The notes under the pieces were generated by a model. That model had not been told where the DNA came from, did not search any database, and worked only from the letters and a program-made list of their open reading frames with translations. Shown in pieces: positions 30,943 to 39,823 of a stretch of DNA of 64,000 nucleotides. A program made the position numbers and the translations under genes. Every line of letters begins with the position of its first letter. The stretch's first letter is position 1. The DNA is from Candidatus Aphodoplasma sp. (GTDB lineage Bacteria; Bacillota; Clostridia; UBA1381; UMGS1253), in NCBI GenBank assembly GCA_045592745.1, contig JAZNVH010000029.1, forward strand, positions 11,409-75,408, in the 5' to 3' direction.

Positions 30943-32283
30943 TTACGCAAACGGAAAACGCATCTTACCCATTTTCTTCTTCATTTTCGGCGATGAAAAC
31001 TGTTTCATCATCGTTTTCATCTGGTCAAACTGCTTTAAAAGTGCGTTTACATCCTGAACACGCACGCCTGCTCCGTTTGCAATTCTTACTTTGCGACTTG
31101 CATTTATAATTGACGGATTCTGGCGCTCTTTCGGTGTCATTGAACGAATAATTGCCTCAGGCCTTGCAAGCTGTTTATCGTCAATTTGCACATCCTTTGG
31201 AAGCTTACCACCAATGCCCGGCATCATGGAAATCACCTGTTCAAGCGGCCCCATCTTTTTAATCTGAGCAAGCTGATCTAAAAAGTCCTCCAAATCGAAA
31301 GTGTTTGTTGCCATTTTTCTTTCAAGCTGAGCTGCCTGCTTTTCGTCAAACGCCTCTTGCGCTTTATCTATGAGCGTAAGCACGTCACCCATACCAAGAA
31401 TTCTAGATGCCATGCGTTCAGGATAAAAGGGTTCTAAATCGCCAAGCTTTTCGCCCATACCGACATACTTAATCGGCTTTCCCGTAACCTGTCTTACAGA
31501 AAGTGCGCTACCGCCTCTTGCATCGCCATCAAGCTTTGTCAAGATTACGCCGTCAATTCCGAGCTGCTCGTTAAAGCTTTGTGCCACATTGACAGCATCT
31601 TGTCCTGTCATAGCATCAACCACGAGCAAAATCTCGTTAGGCTTTACCGCATTTTTTATATCCGAAAGCTCACCCATGAGCATTTCATCAATATGAAGTC
31701 GTCCCGCAGTATCAATAACTACGGGGTCATTTCCGTGCTTTATCGCATGCTCCACCGCCTCACGAGCGATATCCACAGGACTTTTCTGATCTCCCATTGA
31801 AAACACGGGGATATCAAGCTGTGAACCAACTACTTCGAGCTGTTTTATCGCGGCAGGACGATAAACGTCACACGCAACCAAAAGCGGTCTTTTGTCAAAC
31901 TGCTTTTTTATAGAGCCTGCAAGCTTTGCAGATGTTGTAGTTTTACCGGCACCCTGAAGACCTACAAGCATAATTACCGTCGGCGGCTTTGATGCAAAGC
32001 TTATTCTCGCCTGTGCTCCGCCCATTAACTCGGTAAGCTCATCCTTTACAATTTTTATAATCTGCTGTCCGGGCGTAAGGCTTTCAAGCACCTCGCTGCC
32101 AGTTGCCTTTTCGCTGACGCTGTTTATAAACTCTTTTACAACTTTAAAGTTTACATCTGCTTCAAGAAGTGCAAGCTTAACCTCTCGCATTGCCTCTTTA
32201 ACATCGGCAGGCGAAACCTTGCCTTTGCCTTTAAGTTTCTTAAAAACGCCCTGAAGCTTTTCACCCAAGCTTTCAAATGCCAT
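30943..32283 (-). CDS. ffh: Signal recognition particle protein Ffh
   Basis: MAFESLGEKLQ start, GLQGAGKTTT P-loop, DTAGRL, TKLDGDARGG, Met-rich M domain. Confidence 0.95.
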   Translation of the reverse strand: MAFESLGEKLQGVFKKLKGKGKVSPADVKEAMREVKLALLEADVNFKVVKEFINSVSEKATGSEVLESLTPGQQIIKIVKDELTELMGGAQARISFASKPPTVIMLVGLQGAGKTTTSAKLAGSIKKQFDKRPLLVACDVYRPAAIKQLEVVGSQLDIPVFSMGDQKSPVDIAREAVEHAIKHGNDPVVIDTAGRLHIDEMLMGELSDIKNAVKPNEILLVVDAMTGQDAVNVAQSFNEQLGIDGVILTKLDGDARGGSALSVRQVTGKPIKYVGMGEKLGDLEPFYPERMASRILGMGDVLTLIDKAQEAFDEKQAAQLERKMATNTFDLEDFLDQLAQIKKMGPLEQVISMMPGIGGKLPKDVQIDDKQLARPEAIIRSMTPKERQNPSIINASRKVRIANGAGVRVQDVNALLKQFDQMKTMMKQFSSPKMKKKMGKMRFPFA

Positions 32284-32329
32284 ATAACGCTCCGTTTCCG
32301 CCCATATGGGCAATATAAACGATTATATT

Positions 32330-32686
32330 TTAAACAATATCTTCAATCTGTTTTAAACTGTACGATATGTCAGCAAGGTATTCGTTTGCACTTTCACCAA
32401 GCTCCATTTCAGAAAGCTTTTGAACATAACGATTCACTATATCGCATATAGCACTCACCTTTGCAAACTTTCCCGCAAGTCCAATCTCACTCTCATAGCT
32501 TAAAAGCTGCTTTTCGCCACGCTTTATATTGTCACGCACGCCCTGCCGGGTAATTCCCAAATGCGCCGCAATTTCAGAAAGTGACAAATCCTGGTTGTAG
32601 TACAAGTCGAGCGCATCGCCCTGCTTTTGCGTGAGAAGTTGTTTATAAAAATCCAAAAGCACGCTTATGCTCAAATCCTTGCCCAT
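32330..32686 (-). CDS. ylxM: YlxM/p13-like putative DNA-binding protein (UPF0122)
   Basis: HTH segment DLSLSEIAAHLGITRQGVRDNIKR. Lies immediately upstream of ffh. Confidence 0.85.
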   Translation of the reverse strand: MGKDLSISVLLDFYKQLLTQKQGDALDLYYNQDLSLSEIAAHLGITRQGVRDNIKRGEKQLLSYESEIGLAGKFAKVSAICDIVNRYVQKLSEMELGESANEYLADISYSLKQIEDIV

Positions 32687-32799
32687 TTTTACACTTCCCA
32701 ATCCATACTCTGTAAAGTCTTTTTCCTTTACACTCTATGTATTTTACCCTATTAATTCATATAAGTCAAGTCTTTTTGAGAATTTTTTTTAAAAATTTA

Positions 32800-32828
32800 A
32801 AAAAACTCCCGAATCGGGAGTTTTTCTT
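32800..32828 (-). terminator. Rho-independent terminator after tspO
   Basis: AAACTCCCG-ATT-CGGGAGTTT followed by a T-run on the minus strand. Confidence 0.65.
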
Positions 32829-32844
32829 TAAATTTATAAGCTTT

Positions 32845-33348
32845 CTAATTGAGCATCCAGACCATATAGTTAAGGTATGATGCAAATGCAAGCCATGCAA
32901 TATAAGGCAAAAACAACCAACCTGCAAGCTTATTTATATCATAAAAAGCAAGAGCTGTAAGTATAACAAGCGCAAACAGCAAAAGTATCCATAAAAACGA
33001 GAATCCTAATAGTTCAAATCTGAAAAACCATATACTCCAAAAGAAATTGAACACAAGCTGCAGTGCATAAAACACAAAAGCTCTTTTTTTAAGCGATGCA
33101 TCTACCTTAGCAGACGAAACAAGATATGCACTTATACCCATAAGTACATATAAAATGGGCCATACAACCGCAAAAACCCACGGTGGCGGTGAAAGCGGCG
33201 GCCTGTTAAGCGCCGTATATCCCCCCGACTGATTACCGGAAAGCCATGCCGACAAAGCCCCTACTAAAAGCGGTATTGCAATGCTTATCGCAATCTTTTT
33301 GATATTTTTCAAGTTAAACGTATGAAATCCGCCGCTCATATAATACAC
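32845..33348 (-). CDS. tspO: TspO/MBR family tryptophan-rich sensory protein
   Basis: Five TM helices, Trp-rich (PPWVFAVVWPILY, FNFFWSIWFF, PYIAWLAFASYLN). Confidence 0.85.
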   Translation of the reverse strand: MYYMSGGFHTFNLKNIKKIAISIAIPLLVGALSAWLSGNQSGGYTALNRPPLSPPPWVFAVVWPILYVLMGISAYLVSSAKVDASLKKRAFVFYALQLVFNFFWSIWFFRFELLGFSFLWILLLFALVILTALAFYDINKLAGWLFLPYIAWLAFASYLNYMVWMLN

Positions 33349-33409
33349 ATCCCTTTGATAATATTTAATATCACTTGCTGTATATTATATGTATCAGCAC
33401 TATCAATTA

Positions 33410-33871
33410 TTACTTCTTAAGCGCCTTGCGTGTTTCACCAAGCTCTTTGCGATTCTCACGCACTATCTCAGCCATTTTTATAATTCTTGTTTCAAGGCTT
33501 GCCAACACATCATCGGCATATTGCTTTGTTCCAAGTCTAAGCTCGCGAGCACTGTTCTGTGCAGAAGTTATTATTTCATTTGCCTGTGCATACGCCTTTT
33601 GAGTAACTTCATGATCGTCAATAAGGCCTGCCATTTTCTCCTCGGCATTTTTTATTATTGAATCTGCCTCTTTATTAGCCTCATCCAAAATTCTCTGACG
33701 CTCTTCTTTTACCCATTTTGCCTGCTTCAAATCGCCGGGCAAATTAAGGCGTATTTCCTGTATCAAATCCAAAAGCTCCTCACGGTCAACAATTGCTCTT
33801 CCCATGAATGGAATTGTCATTGATTTTTCAACAACATCCTCAAGCATGTCTATAATTTCAAGAACCTCCAT
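33410..33871 (-). CDS. Coiled-coil protein of unknown function (ATPase subunit b/H-like heptad region)
   Basis: 153 aa, strongly helical and charged (EERQRILDEANKEADSIIKNAEEKM). Starts directly after the coaD stop. Coding is confident, function is not. Confidence 0.5.
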   Translation of the reverse strand: MEVLEIIDMLEDVVEKSMTIPFMGRAIVDREELLDLIQEIRLNLPGDLKQAKWVKEERQRILDEANKEADSIIKNAEEKMAGLIDDHEVTQKAYAQANEIITSAQNSARELRLGTKQYADDVLASLETRIIKMAEIVRENRKELGETRKALKK

Positions 33872-34363
33872 TTATCTATATCCTCCGTTCTTTATTTTTT
33901 TATCTATTTCTTTTATTATATCACATGGTACAAATTCGTCAATACCTCCGCCCAATCTTGCAACCTCTTTTACCATACTTGAGCTGATGTAAGAATATTT
34001 TGAGTCGGTCATCATAAAAAATGTTTCGACATCGGGATTTAGCGACTTATTTAAAAGTGCCATTTGAAACTCATACTCGAAATCAGAAATCGTACGAAGC
34101 CCCTTTATAATCACCGCCGAATCAAACTGCTTCATAAAATCAACAAGCAGTCCTGAAAAGGCATACACCTCTACATTTTCTATGTCCGCTACAACTTTTT
34201 TTATCATACAAACGCGTTCTTCGGGCGTAAACATTGGTTTTTTTGCCATATTGTCAAGCACACCCACGATAACCTTATCAAACACATTTGCACTTCTCTT
34301 GATTATATCAAGATGTCCGTTTGTGACAGGGTCAAAGCTTCCCGGATATACTGCAATTTTCAT
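33872..34363 (-). CDS. coaD: Phosphopantetheine adenylyltransferase
   Basis: [21 protein letters not shown] (T/HxGH motif) and ISSSMVKEV. Confidence 0.93.
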   Translation of the reverse strand: MKIAVYPGSFDPVTNGHLDIIKRSANVFDKVIVGVLDNMAKKPMFTPEERVCMIKKVVADIENVEVYAFSGLLVDFMKQFDSAVIIKGLRTISDFEYEFQMALLNKSLNPDVETFFMMTDSKYSYISSSMVKEVARLGGGIDEFVPCDIIKEIDKKIKNGGYR

Positions 34364-34392
34364 AGCTACTACACCATAACCCTTCGCATTTT

Positions 34393-34938
34393 TTACAAAT
34401 TCTGTTTGTATATCAAAATATACGTTCTTCCATATCTTTTCTCTTTGACAAGCTCAAGACCTTCTATATTATCAGGCTTTTCTGTATTATCACACTCGGC
34501 TATAATTATGCCGTCTTTGGATAGTACGTCGCTTTTTGAAACGGTATCAAGTGCCTTTATAAGAAGTCCCGTATTATACGGCGGGTCCAAAAAGATTATA
34601 TCAAACTTTTTGTCAGTGCCCGATACATATTTTATACAGTCACCATACCTTATAATGCATCTGTCATTAAAGTCAGCCTTGTCAACATTCTTTTTTGCAA
34701 CAGCGCCGCTATTTTGAGAAAGCTCACACAAAACTGCGCTCCTCGCCCCACGGCTTATTGCCTCAATAGAAAACGCACCCGTTCCCGCAAACATATCAAG
34801 CACGTCTGCATCGACAACGTATGGCGATATTATGTTGAAAATATTTTCTCTTACTCTGTCAGTTGTCGGTCTTATGTTCTCACCTTCAAAATCAGTGAGC
34901 TTTAGACCGCGTCTTATTCCGGCAATAACTCTCAACAC
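34393..34938 (-). CDS. rsmD: 16S rRNA (guanine966-N2)-methyltransferase RsmD
   Basis: [26 protein letters not shown] and FLDPPY motifs. Confidence 0.9.
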   Translation of the reverse strand: MLRVIAGIRRGLKLTDFEGENIRPTTDRVRENIFNIISPYVVDADVLDMFAGTGAFSIEAISRGARSAVLCELSQNSGAVAKKNVDKADFNDRCIIRYGDCIKYVSGTDKKFDIIFLDPPYNTGLLIKALDTVSKSDVLSKDGIIIAECDNTEKPDNIEGLELVKEKRYGRTYILIYKQNL

Positions 34939-35052
34939 ATACCACCTCTTATATTATTTTCACATATAATAAAGCAAAAGTCAAGCATAGTTTCCTTTTT
35001 TAATACAATTTTTTTATTTTTTCTTCTTTTGTCGACAGATTTTTCCAACTTT

Positions 35053-35082
35053 AAAAGCGGAGGATTTTTCTCCCCCGCTTTT
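35053..35082 (-). terminator. Probable terminator after the methyltransferase gene
   Basis: AAAAGCGGGGGAGA-loop-TCCTCCGCTTTT on the minus strand. The T-tract is short. Confidence 0.5.
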
Positions 35083-35084
35083 AA

Positions 35085-35930
35085 TTATTGTTTCTCTATA
35101 ACACAAACTACCATTTTTACCAAAGCTTCCTTCAAAACAGGCAAACGGCATATATGCCTGAAAACATTTCGAAGTGGCTCTTGTGAATAATACGCAGGCG
35201 TTATGTTAAGCTTTTTTATAATCTTATCAAAACGCTTTATAGTCATATGATTTATATACGAAAAATACTCACTTCCGTCTTCTTTTTTTGAAATTCTAAA
35301 CTCTATACGCTCATCACCATCAGGCTGTGTTTTTGCAAGCTCTTTGTATGCGCGAATAAGCGTCTTTTCACCAAAGAACAGATGTACCCACGGAATATAT
35401 ATCAAATCGCTCAGATGCGCTCCAAACGGATGGTGATACGGCGGGAAATTTACATATAACCTGCCACCTTTTTTAAGCACTCTCAAGCACTCACAAATTA
35501 CCTTTTCAGGCTCGTCCACATGCTCCATTGCATCGTTCATTATCATCGTGTCAATGCTGTCATCATCAAAAGGCAGTTTTGCCGCATCAGCACAAACAAA
35601 TTCAAACTTATCAGCTAAGCCAAGCTTGTCCGCAAGCGCGTTTGCCTCTTTTTCATACTTTCCAAGGATTTCAACGCCATATACTTTTTTTGCGCCATTA
35701 GCGGCATAATAAAGCGTCTTGCCACCTGCACCGCATCCAATATCGGCAATCACCTTATCTTTGAACATTTCATCCTTTGTATATTTTTTAAGATAAAATT
35801 TTATCGTGTCAGTGCCCTTTTCATACTGCCACTCAGCATATGACTTGACACCCTCGCGCTGTAAATTAAAAGGGTGTACAGGTGCCTTAAAACACTTATT
35901 TACTGCCATCAATACTTTATCAAAAGCCAT
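35085..35930 (-). CDS. Class I SAM-dependent methyltransferase
   Basis: Motif I VIADIGCGAGGKT. Acidic motif II DTMIMNDAMEHV. Confidence 0.8.
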   Translation of the reverse strand: MAFDKVLMAVNKCFKAPVHPFNLQREGVKSYAEWQYEKGTDTIKFYLKKYTKDEMFKDKVIADIGCGAGGKTLYYAANGAKKVYGVEILGKYEKEANALADKLGLADKFEFVCADAAKLPFDDDSIDTMIMNDAMEHVDEPEKVICECLRVLKKGGRLYVNFPPYHHPFGAHLSDLIYIPWVHLFFGEKTLIRAYKELAKTQPDGDERIEFRISKKEDGSEYFSYINHMTIKRFDKIIKKLNITPAYYSQEPLRNVFRHICRLPVLKEALVKMVVCVIEKQ

Positions 35931-35969
35931 TTTTTTATCTCCAATCGTTTTTAATATCGTTTCAATATG

Positions 35970-37256
35970 CTATTTAACCTTCAACTGCTGTTTTTCTATT
36001 ACAAAATGGATATATAGCACACACAAAAGAAAAATAACCGCCGAGATTACAGAAAGAATTTGTTGTCCGTATATGTAGTGTCCAAAAACCATATTCCCAC
36101 CCGCCTGAATATTGGCGAGAATTTTTCCACCAATAATTGCAGCGCAAAAATTACCCACTCCACTTACGCTGTTTTTTATAGCAAATGCCTGAACCACATA
36201 TTTTCTGTCGACACAGCTGTAAATAATGTTATTTGAATTTCCCACTGTACCGGCATAGCTCACATACAGCAAAAGCGTGAAAACAATTATAAGCCACCAC
36301 GTTTTCGGCGTTGCAAATGCAAGCAACAAATACGCTACAACACAAATCGTAAAACCAAGCTTCATACCCGTCGCATACGAATATTTATCCGAAAATTTGC
36401 CAAACGGAATAGATAAACAAGCACGCAATACACACCCTGCATTATTCATAATCTGTACCATGCTTATACTGATAGCAAGGTCAATTGTCTTGAATGTTCC
36501 CAAAAAACCACCTGTTATACCCATCCCAATTTGATATAAAATCCCGACTATCATTACACTTACAAAGCCTTTATTTCCAAATGTATTTTTTAACACCTCG
36601 CCAAAAGAATCCTGCTGCGTGCTTATCTTTTCGCTGTTTTTATCGTTTTTTATAAGCATAAGAGAAACGAAGCTTAATAATGATAATGACAGTATTGTAG
36701 CGGCAAGAAATGAAAATCCGCCATAAGCATTGCCGATACTCTCATAGTAATCTACAACCAATCCCATGATGTAGGCAAAAATCACGCCACCGCCAAGAGA
36801 AATCATCTCGTTTTTTGCACTGAAAACCCCTCTTGCCCTTGGGTCAACATACAAATACGCCCAGTTATAAATCATTCCCGCAACTAATTGGTTTGCGGCA
36901 TAAGAAATTAAGATACAAAGCATCGTCAGCACTATTTTCATTTCCTGTCCAATTGCAGTCATCGGCAACATATATAACAGTGCAAACAATATCTGACTTA
37001 TAGTTACCATAGTCATCGAAAATATTTTCGCACCACGAAGCTTTCTTACAATAAATATAGACAAAAGCTGAAATAAAAATGCAAACTGTGCAATCGAGCC
37101 AATAACGCCTATAAGCGAATCACTTACGCCCATATGATTTAAAAGGTTTGACAAAAACACATCTACAACAACCAGAGATACAAAATAGTTAAATGCCGCG
37201 TGTGCCATATATGCAATGCGTGAAATCTTGTACTGTTTAGAACTGTAAATATCCAT
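35970..37256 (-). CDS. MFS-type transporter
   Basis: About 12 hydrophobic segments, roughly 428 aa. The start was chosen at ATG 37256 (GGTGA RBS). Confidence 0.8.
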   Translation of the reverse strand: MDIYSSKQYKISRIAYMAHAAFNYFVSLVVVDVFLSNLLNHMGVSDSLIGVIGSIAQFAFLFQLLSIFIVRKLRGAKIFSMTMVTISQILFALLYMLPMTAIGQEMKIVLTMLCILISYAANQLVAGMIYNWAYLYVDPRARGVFSAKNEMISLGGGVIFAYIMGLVVDYYESIGNAYGGFSFLAATILSLSLLSFVSLMLIKNDKNSEKISTQQDSFGEVLKNTFGNKGFVSVMIVGILYQIGMGITGGFLGTFKTIDLAISISMVQIMNNAGCVLRACLSIPFGKFSDKYSYATGMKLGFTICVVAYLLLAFATPKTWWLIIVFTLLLYVSYAGTVGNSNNIIYSCVDRKYVVQAFAIKNSVSGVGNFCAAIIGGKILANIQAGGNMVFGHYIYGQQILSVISAVIFLLCVLYIHFVIEKQQLKVK

Positions 37257-37350
37257 AAACAAATCACCATTACCTAATATTTTCCCCTAATCGCTTATTA
37301 TTTTAAACGCAAAACAATAGATTGTCAATATAAAACCCTAAAAATCAATC

Positions 37351-37390
37351 TAAAAAACACAAAAAGGACAATAGCTAATGCTACTGTCCT
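37351..37390 (-). terminator. Intrinsic terminator inside the leader of the MFS/methyltransferase operon (attenuator-type)
   Basis: Minus strand: AGGACAGTAGC-ATTA-GCTATTGTCCT followed by TTTTGTGTTTTTT. It lies about 95 nt upstream of the MFS start codon. Confidence 0.65.
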
Positions 37391-37600
37391 CTATCTTTTT
37401 AAAGATGCCCCGCCGCGCCGTATTTTATGCCTTTATATTACCTGCCTGAGCAGGTGGGCAACCGCCTTTGTGTTTCGCGCTTCCTTCTTCCATATAGGGA
37501 GGCCTGCAATCCGCACAAAGAGCAAGAATCCCATTTTTTGAGTGTTGGTAAAATAAATAGCATCATTACGCACACCGCAGGGTGTTTACTCTTTATATTT
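37391..37600 (-). promoter_or_regulatory. Structured 5' leader (candidate riboswitch or attenuator of unassigned class)
   Basis: Lies between a TTGAAA-N17-TATGAT promoter and the terminator. Hairpins: ACACC/GGTGT (37572-37585), CTTTGTG/CACAAAG (37466-37472 with 37514-37520) enclosing a GC-rich internal-loop helix, and ACCTGC/GCAGGT (37440-37455). A GC-rich tail CGGCGCGGCGGGGC follows. Confidence 0.4.
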
Positions 37601-37602
37601 TT

Positions 37603-37631
37603 ATCATAACATATTATTATGAAAATTTCAA
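37603..37631 (-). promoter_or_regulatory. Candidate sigma-A promoter for the structured leader and MFS operon
   Basis: The minus strand reads TTGAAA-N17-TATGAT. Confidence 0.45.
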
Positions 37632-37658
37632 GATATTATTCTGAAAATTTCAAAAAGA

Positions 37659-37928
37659 TTATTCGTCAATATCCTCAAGACGATTTTCAAATTCTTCAAA
37701 CGCTGCCATAAGTTCTTCTTCATCTTCAATTACAGAGAGTAAATCCTCGCCGTTTTCATCCTCCTCAAGTCTGAAAATGCAGACCTCGTCATTTTCCTCG
37801 CCATTTTCAAGCACCTCAAGCAAAACTATATACACCTTTGAATCAACCTCGAATGTATCAAGATGCTCATAATCTATTGGATTATTCTCCTCGTCGTACA
37901 ATGTTACGATATTGCTTTCTTCAATCAT
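37659..37928 (-). CDS. DUF1292 family acidic protein (YrzB-like)
   Basis: IVTLYDEENNPIDYEHLDTFEVDSKVYIVLLEV plus an acidic tail. The start was chosen at MIEESN after AAGGAGA. Confidence 0.8.
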   Translation of the reverse strand: MIEESNIVTLYDEENNPIDYEHLDTFEVDSKVYIVLLEVLENGEENDEVCIFRLEEDENGEDLLSVIEDEEELMAAFEEFENRLEDIDE

Positions 37929-38043
37929 ATCTATTCTCCTTTTTATTTTTATATATCTAATATCCAAAACTTTCTTTTTATAAGTATATCACTATCTATA
38001 AACATTGTCAAATAAAGCTCGTAGCTAAAAACTACAAAAAATA

Positions 38044-38072
38044 TTGATATTGAATTTTTTTTGTAGTATAAT
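38044..38072 (+). promoter_or_regulatory. Candidate sigma-A promoter of nagB, with nearby TTGATAT repeats
   Basis: TTGATA-N17-TATAAT. The word (A/T)TTGATAT recurs three times between 38043 and 38100. Confidence 0.45.
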
Positions 38073-38116
38073 TTGATATGTAATATTGATATATTATTAA
38101 TAAAGGAGAGATTTTA

Positions 38117-38824
38117 ATGAAAAAAATCGTATGCAAAAATTATGACGAAATGTCAAAAGAAGGTGCAAAAATTATTGCCGAACAAATAGCCAAAAAGCCT
38201 GACAGTGTACTCGGCCTTGCAACCGGTTCTACTCCTATTGGTCTTTATAAATGTTTAAGAGATAATAATATTGACTTCTCAAAAGTGTCGACATATAATC
38301 TTGATGAGTATTATCCCATTTCAAAAACAAATGACCAGAGCTATCAGTATTTTATGGATGACAATCTTTTTAACCATGTAAATGTAAAAAGCATGGATAT
38401 CCCGAATGGTGAGGCAAAAGATGCCCAGGCAGAATGCCGTCGCTATGATGAAGCTATTGAAAACGCGGGCGGAATTGATTTGCAGCTTTTGGGTCTTGGT
38501 CCAAATGGACACATCGGCTTTAATGAGCCTGATGACCAGCTTTCAGTAGGCACACACTTAGTTGAGCTTACACAGTCAACAATCGATGCAAATGCAAGAT
38601 TTTTTGCAAGTGCTGACGAAGTTCCGCGCCATGCACTCACACTTGGTATGGGCGGTATTATGAAGGCTAAGAAAATACTTGTTGTTGCAAACGGGAAAAA
38701 CAAAGCTGAAGTTGTTAAGAAAATGTTCTCAGGTGTGATAGACACACACGTTCCCGCAACACTTTTGCAGCTTCATAATGACGTTACAGTAATCGTTGAC
38801 GAAGAAGCAAACAGCGCTGAGTAA
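38117..38824 (+). CDS. nagB: Glucosamine-6-phosphate deaminase
   Basis: LGLATGSTP, LDEYY and GLGPNGHIGFNEP motifs. Confidence 0.93.
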   Translation: MKKIVCKNYDEMSKEGAKIIAEQIAKKPDSVLGLATGSTPIGLYKCLRDNNIDFSKVSTYNLDEYYPISKTNDQSYQYFMDDNLFNHVNVKSMDIPNGEAKDAQAECRRYDEAIENAGGIDLQLLGLGPNGHIGFNEPDDQLSVGTHLVELTQSTIDANARFFASADEVPRHALTLGMGGIMKAKKILVVANGKNKAEVVKKMFSGVIDTHVPATLLQLHNDVTVIVDEEANSAE

Positions 38825-38844
38825 AATTTATTATAATACAAAAT

Positions 38845-38888
38845 AATCCGCAGATAATCATTTTCATTATCTGCGGATTTTCTTTTTT
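38845..38888. terminator. Bidirectional terminator between nagB and the LysM gene
   Basis: 14-bp stem AATCCGCAGATAAT/ATTATCTGCGGATT, T-rich on both sides. Confidence 0.75.
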
Positions 38889-39195
38889 AATCAATCGGTA
38901 TTTCAATACTCTGCCCTACTATAAGATTGGAATTTTTTAAATTGTTCATCTTTTTAATTCTGTATATAAATTCCCTTACATCTGTATCAACATCGCAATA
39001 TATATTTGCAATATCCCACAAAGTATCTCCGGGTGCAACATATACAAGCTCAGTTTTATGACTTATATCAGCACTTGTTGTCGAAGGATTTATAGTGGCA
39101 AATGCAAGCATATAGAAAACAACAATTGCCAATATCATAAAAACAGTAAATCTTGCCCTGTTTTTTACAACCAATCTCTTTTTTGTATTATACAT
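38887..39195 (-). CDS. LysM-domain membrane protein, YneA-like SOS cell-division inhibitor candidate
   Basis: N-terminal TM helix (FTVFMILAIVVFYMLAF) plus a LysM domain (YVAPGDTLWDIANIY...LIVGQSIEIP). The promoter carries three LexA boxes. ATG at 39195 follows AAGAGGTGA. Confidence 0.7.
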   Translation of the reverse strand: MYNTKKRLVVKNRARFTVFMILAIVVFYMLAFATINPSTTSADISHKTELVYVAPGDTLWDIANIYCDVDTDVREFIYRIKKMNNLKNSNLIVGQSIEIPID

Positions 39196-39219
39196 AAAAA
39201 TCACCTCTTAAATCTAATC

Positions 39220-39291
39220 AGAACCTTTGTTCTATTTAGATTATAACAGAACGTTTATTCGTTGTCAATAGAAAAAACGAAAATTTGTTCT
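39220..39291 (-). promoter_or_regulatory. SOS promoter: consensus sigma-A promoter overlapped by three LexA (Cheo) boxes
   Basis: Minus strand: TTGACA (39263-39268)-N17-TATAAT (39240-39245). Boxes: AGAACCTTTGTTCT (39220-39233, perfect GAAC-N4-GTTC), AGAACGTTTATTCG (39248-39261) and CGAAAATTTGTTCT (39278-39291). Confidence 0.7.
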
Positions 39292-39323
39292 ATTATTTTT
39301 AAAGAGGTTTTTAAAAATCATCT

Positions 39324-39797
39324 TTAAGCCTTGGTGCGCCTAAGATATTTTCTGATATATTTTTTATAGAAAGGATATACATATAACCAAAATTTAGCCT
39401 TCCAAAGACGCATATCGCGAAAAAACAGCGCCAAATTATTTCTTTTATCACGCTTATATATTACCTTGTCGTCACGCACAACCTTCGTAACAACTGCGAC
39501 AATTTGTTCTCTTTTCACCGGATACTCAAGATAGTTTTGTGCATCTCCCGCCATAACATATCCGCTGTTTAAAACAGCCGTTATGCGATGCAAAATCGCA
39601 GAACCATCAGTACGTGCATAGAGCACAACATCATATTTTTTCAATTTGCAATCCGGCGATGATACCGTAACAACATCTCCTGATTTTATCGTAGGAAGCA
39701 TACTTTCTCCATGAGGCATAATCTCGACGCTTTTTCCCTGCCCTACAAGCTCTTGTATAACAGGCATCATGCTTGCAATACTAAATATTTTATCCAT
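39324..39797 (-). CDS. S24/S26-family (LexA / signal-peptidase fold) serine peptidase-like protein with a hydrophobic-basic C-terminal tail
   Basis: GESMLPTIKSGDVV matches the GxSMxPT catalytic-Ser motif. ILHRI sits where S24/S26 enzymes have xKR. No N-terminal HTH domain or TM segment. Tail WKAKFWLYVYPFYKKYIRKYLRR. Confidence 0.65.
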   Translation of the reverse strand: MDKIFSIASMMPVIQELVGQGKSVEIMPHGESMLPTIKSGDVVTVSSPDCKLKKYDVVLYARTDGSAILHRITAVLNSGYVMAGDAQNYLEYPVKREQIVAVVTKVVRDDKVIYKRDKRNNLALFFRDMRLWKAKFWLYVYPFYKKYIRKYLRRTKA

Positions 39798-39823
39798 CAA
39801 TATAACACTCTTTCAAATATTTC

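Noticed and set aside
37503-37532. Plus-strand CCTGCAATCCGC...GAATCCC resembles a stretch of the B. subtilis SRP (scRNA) Alu domain, and the minus strand has GGAAGAAGGAAGCGCG, reminiscent of SRP helix 8
   Set aside because: The two resemblances are on opposite strands. No GGAA-tetraloop helix 8 can be drawn, and the surrounding sequence lacks the rest of an SRP RNA. I consider the matches coincidental and have not called an SRP RNA.
37427-37609. 60-aa plus-strand ORF in the ORF track (MPLYYLPEQVGNRL...)
   Set aside because: It has no RBS and lies antisense within the structured leader of the MFS operon. Its composition is dictated by the GC-rich hairpins, so I treat it as non-coding.
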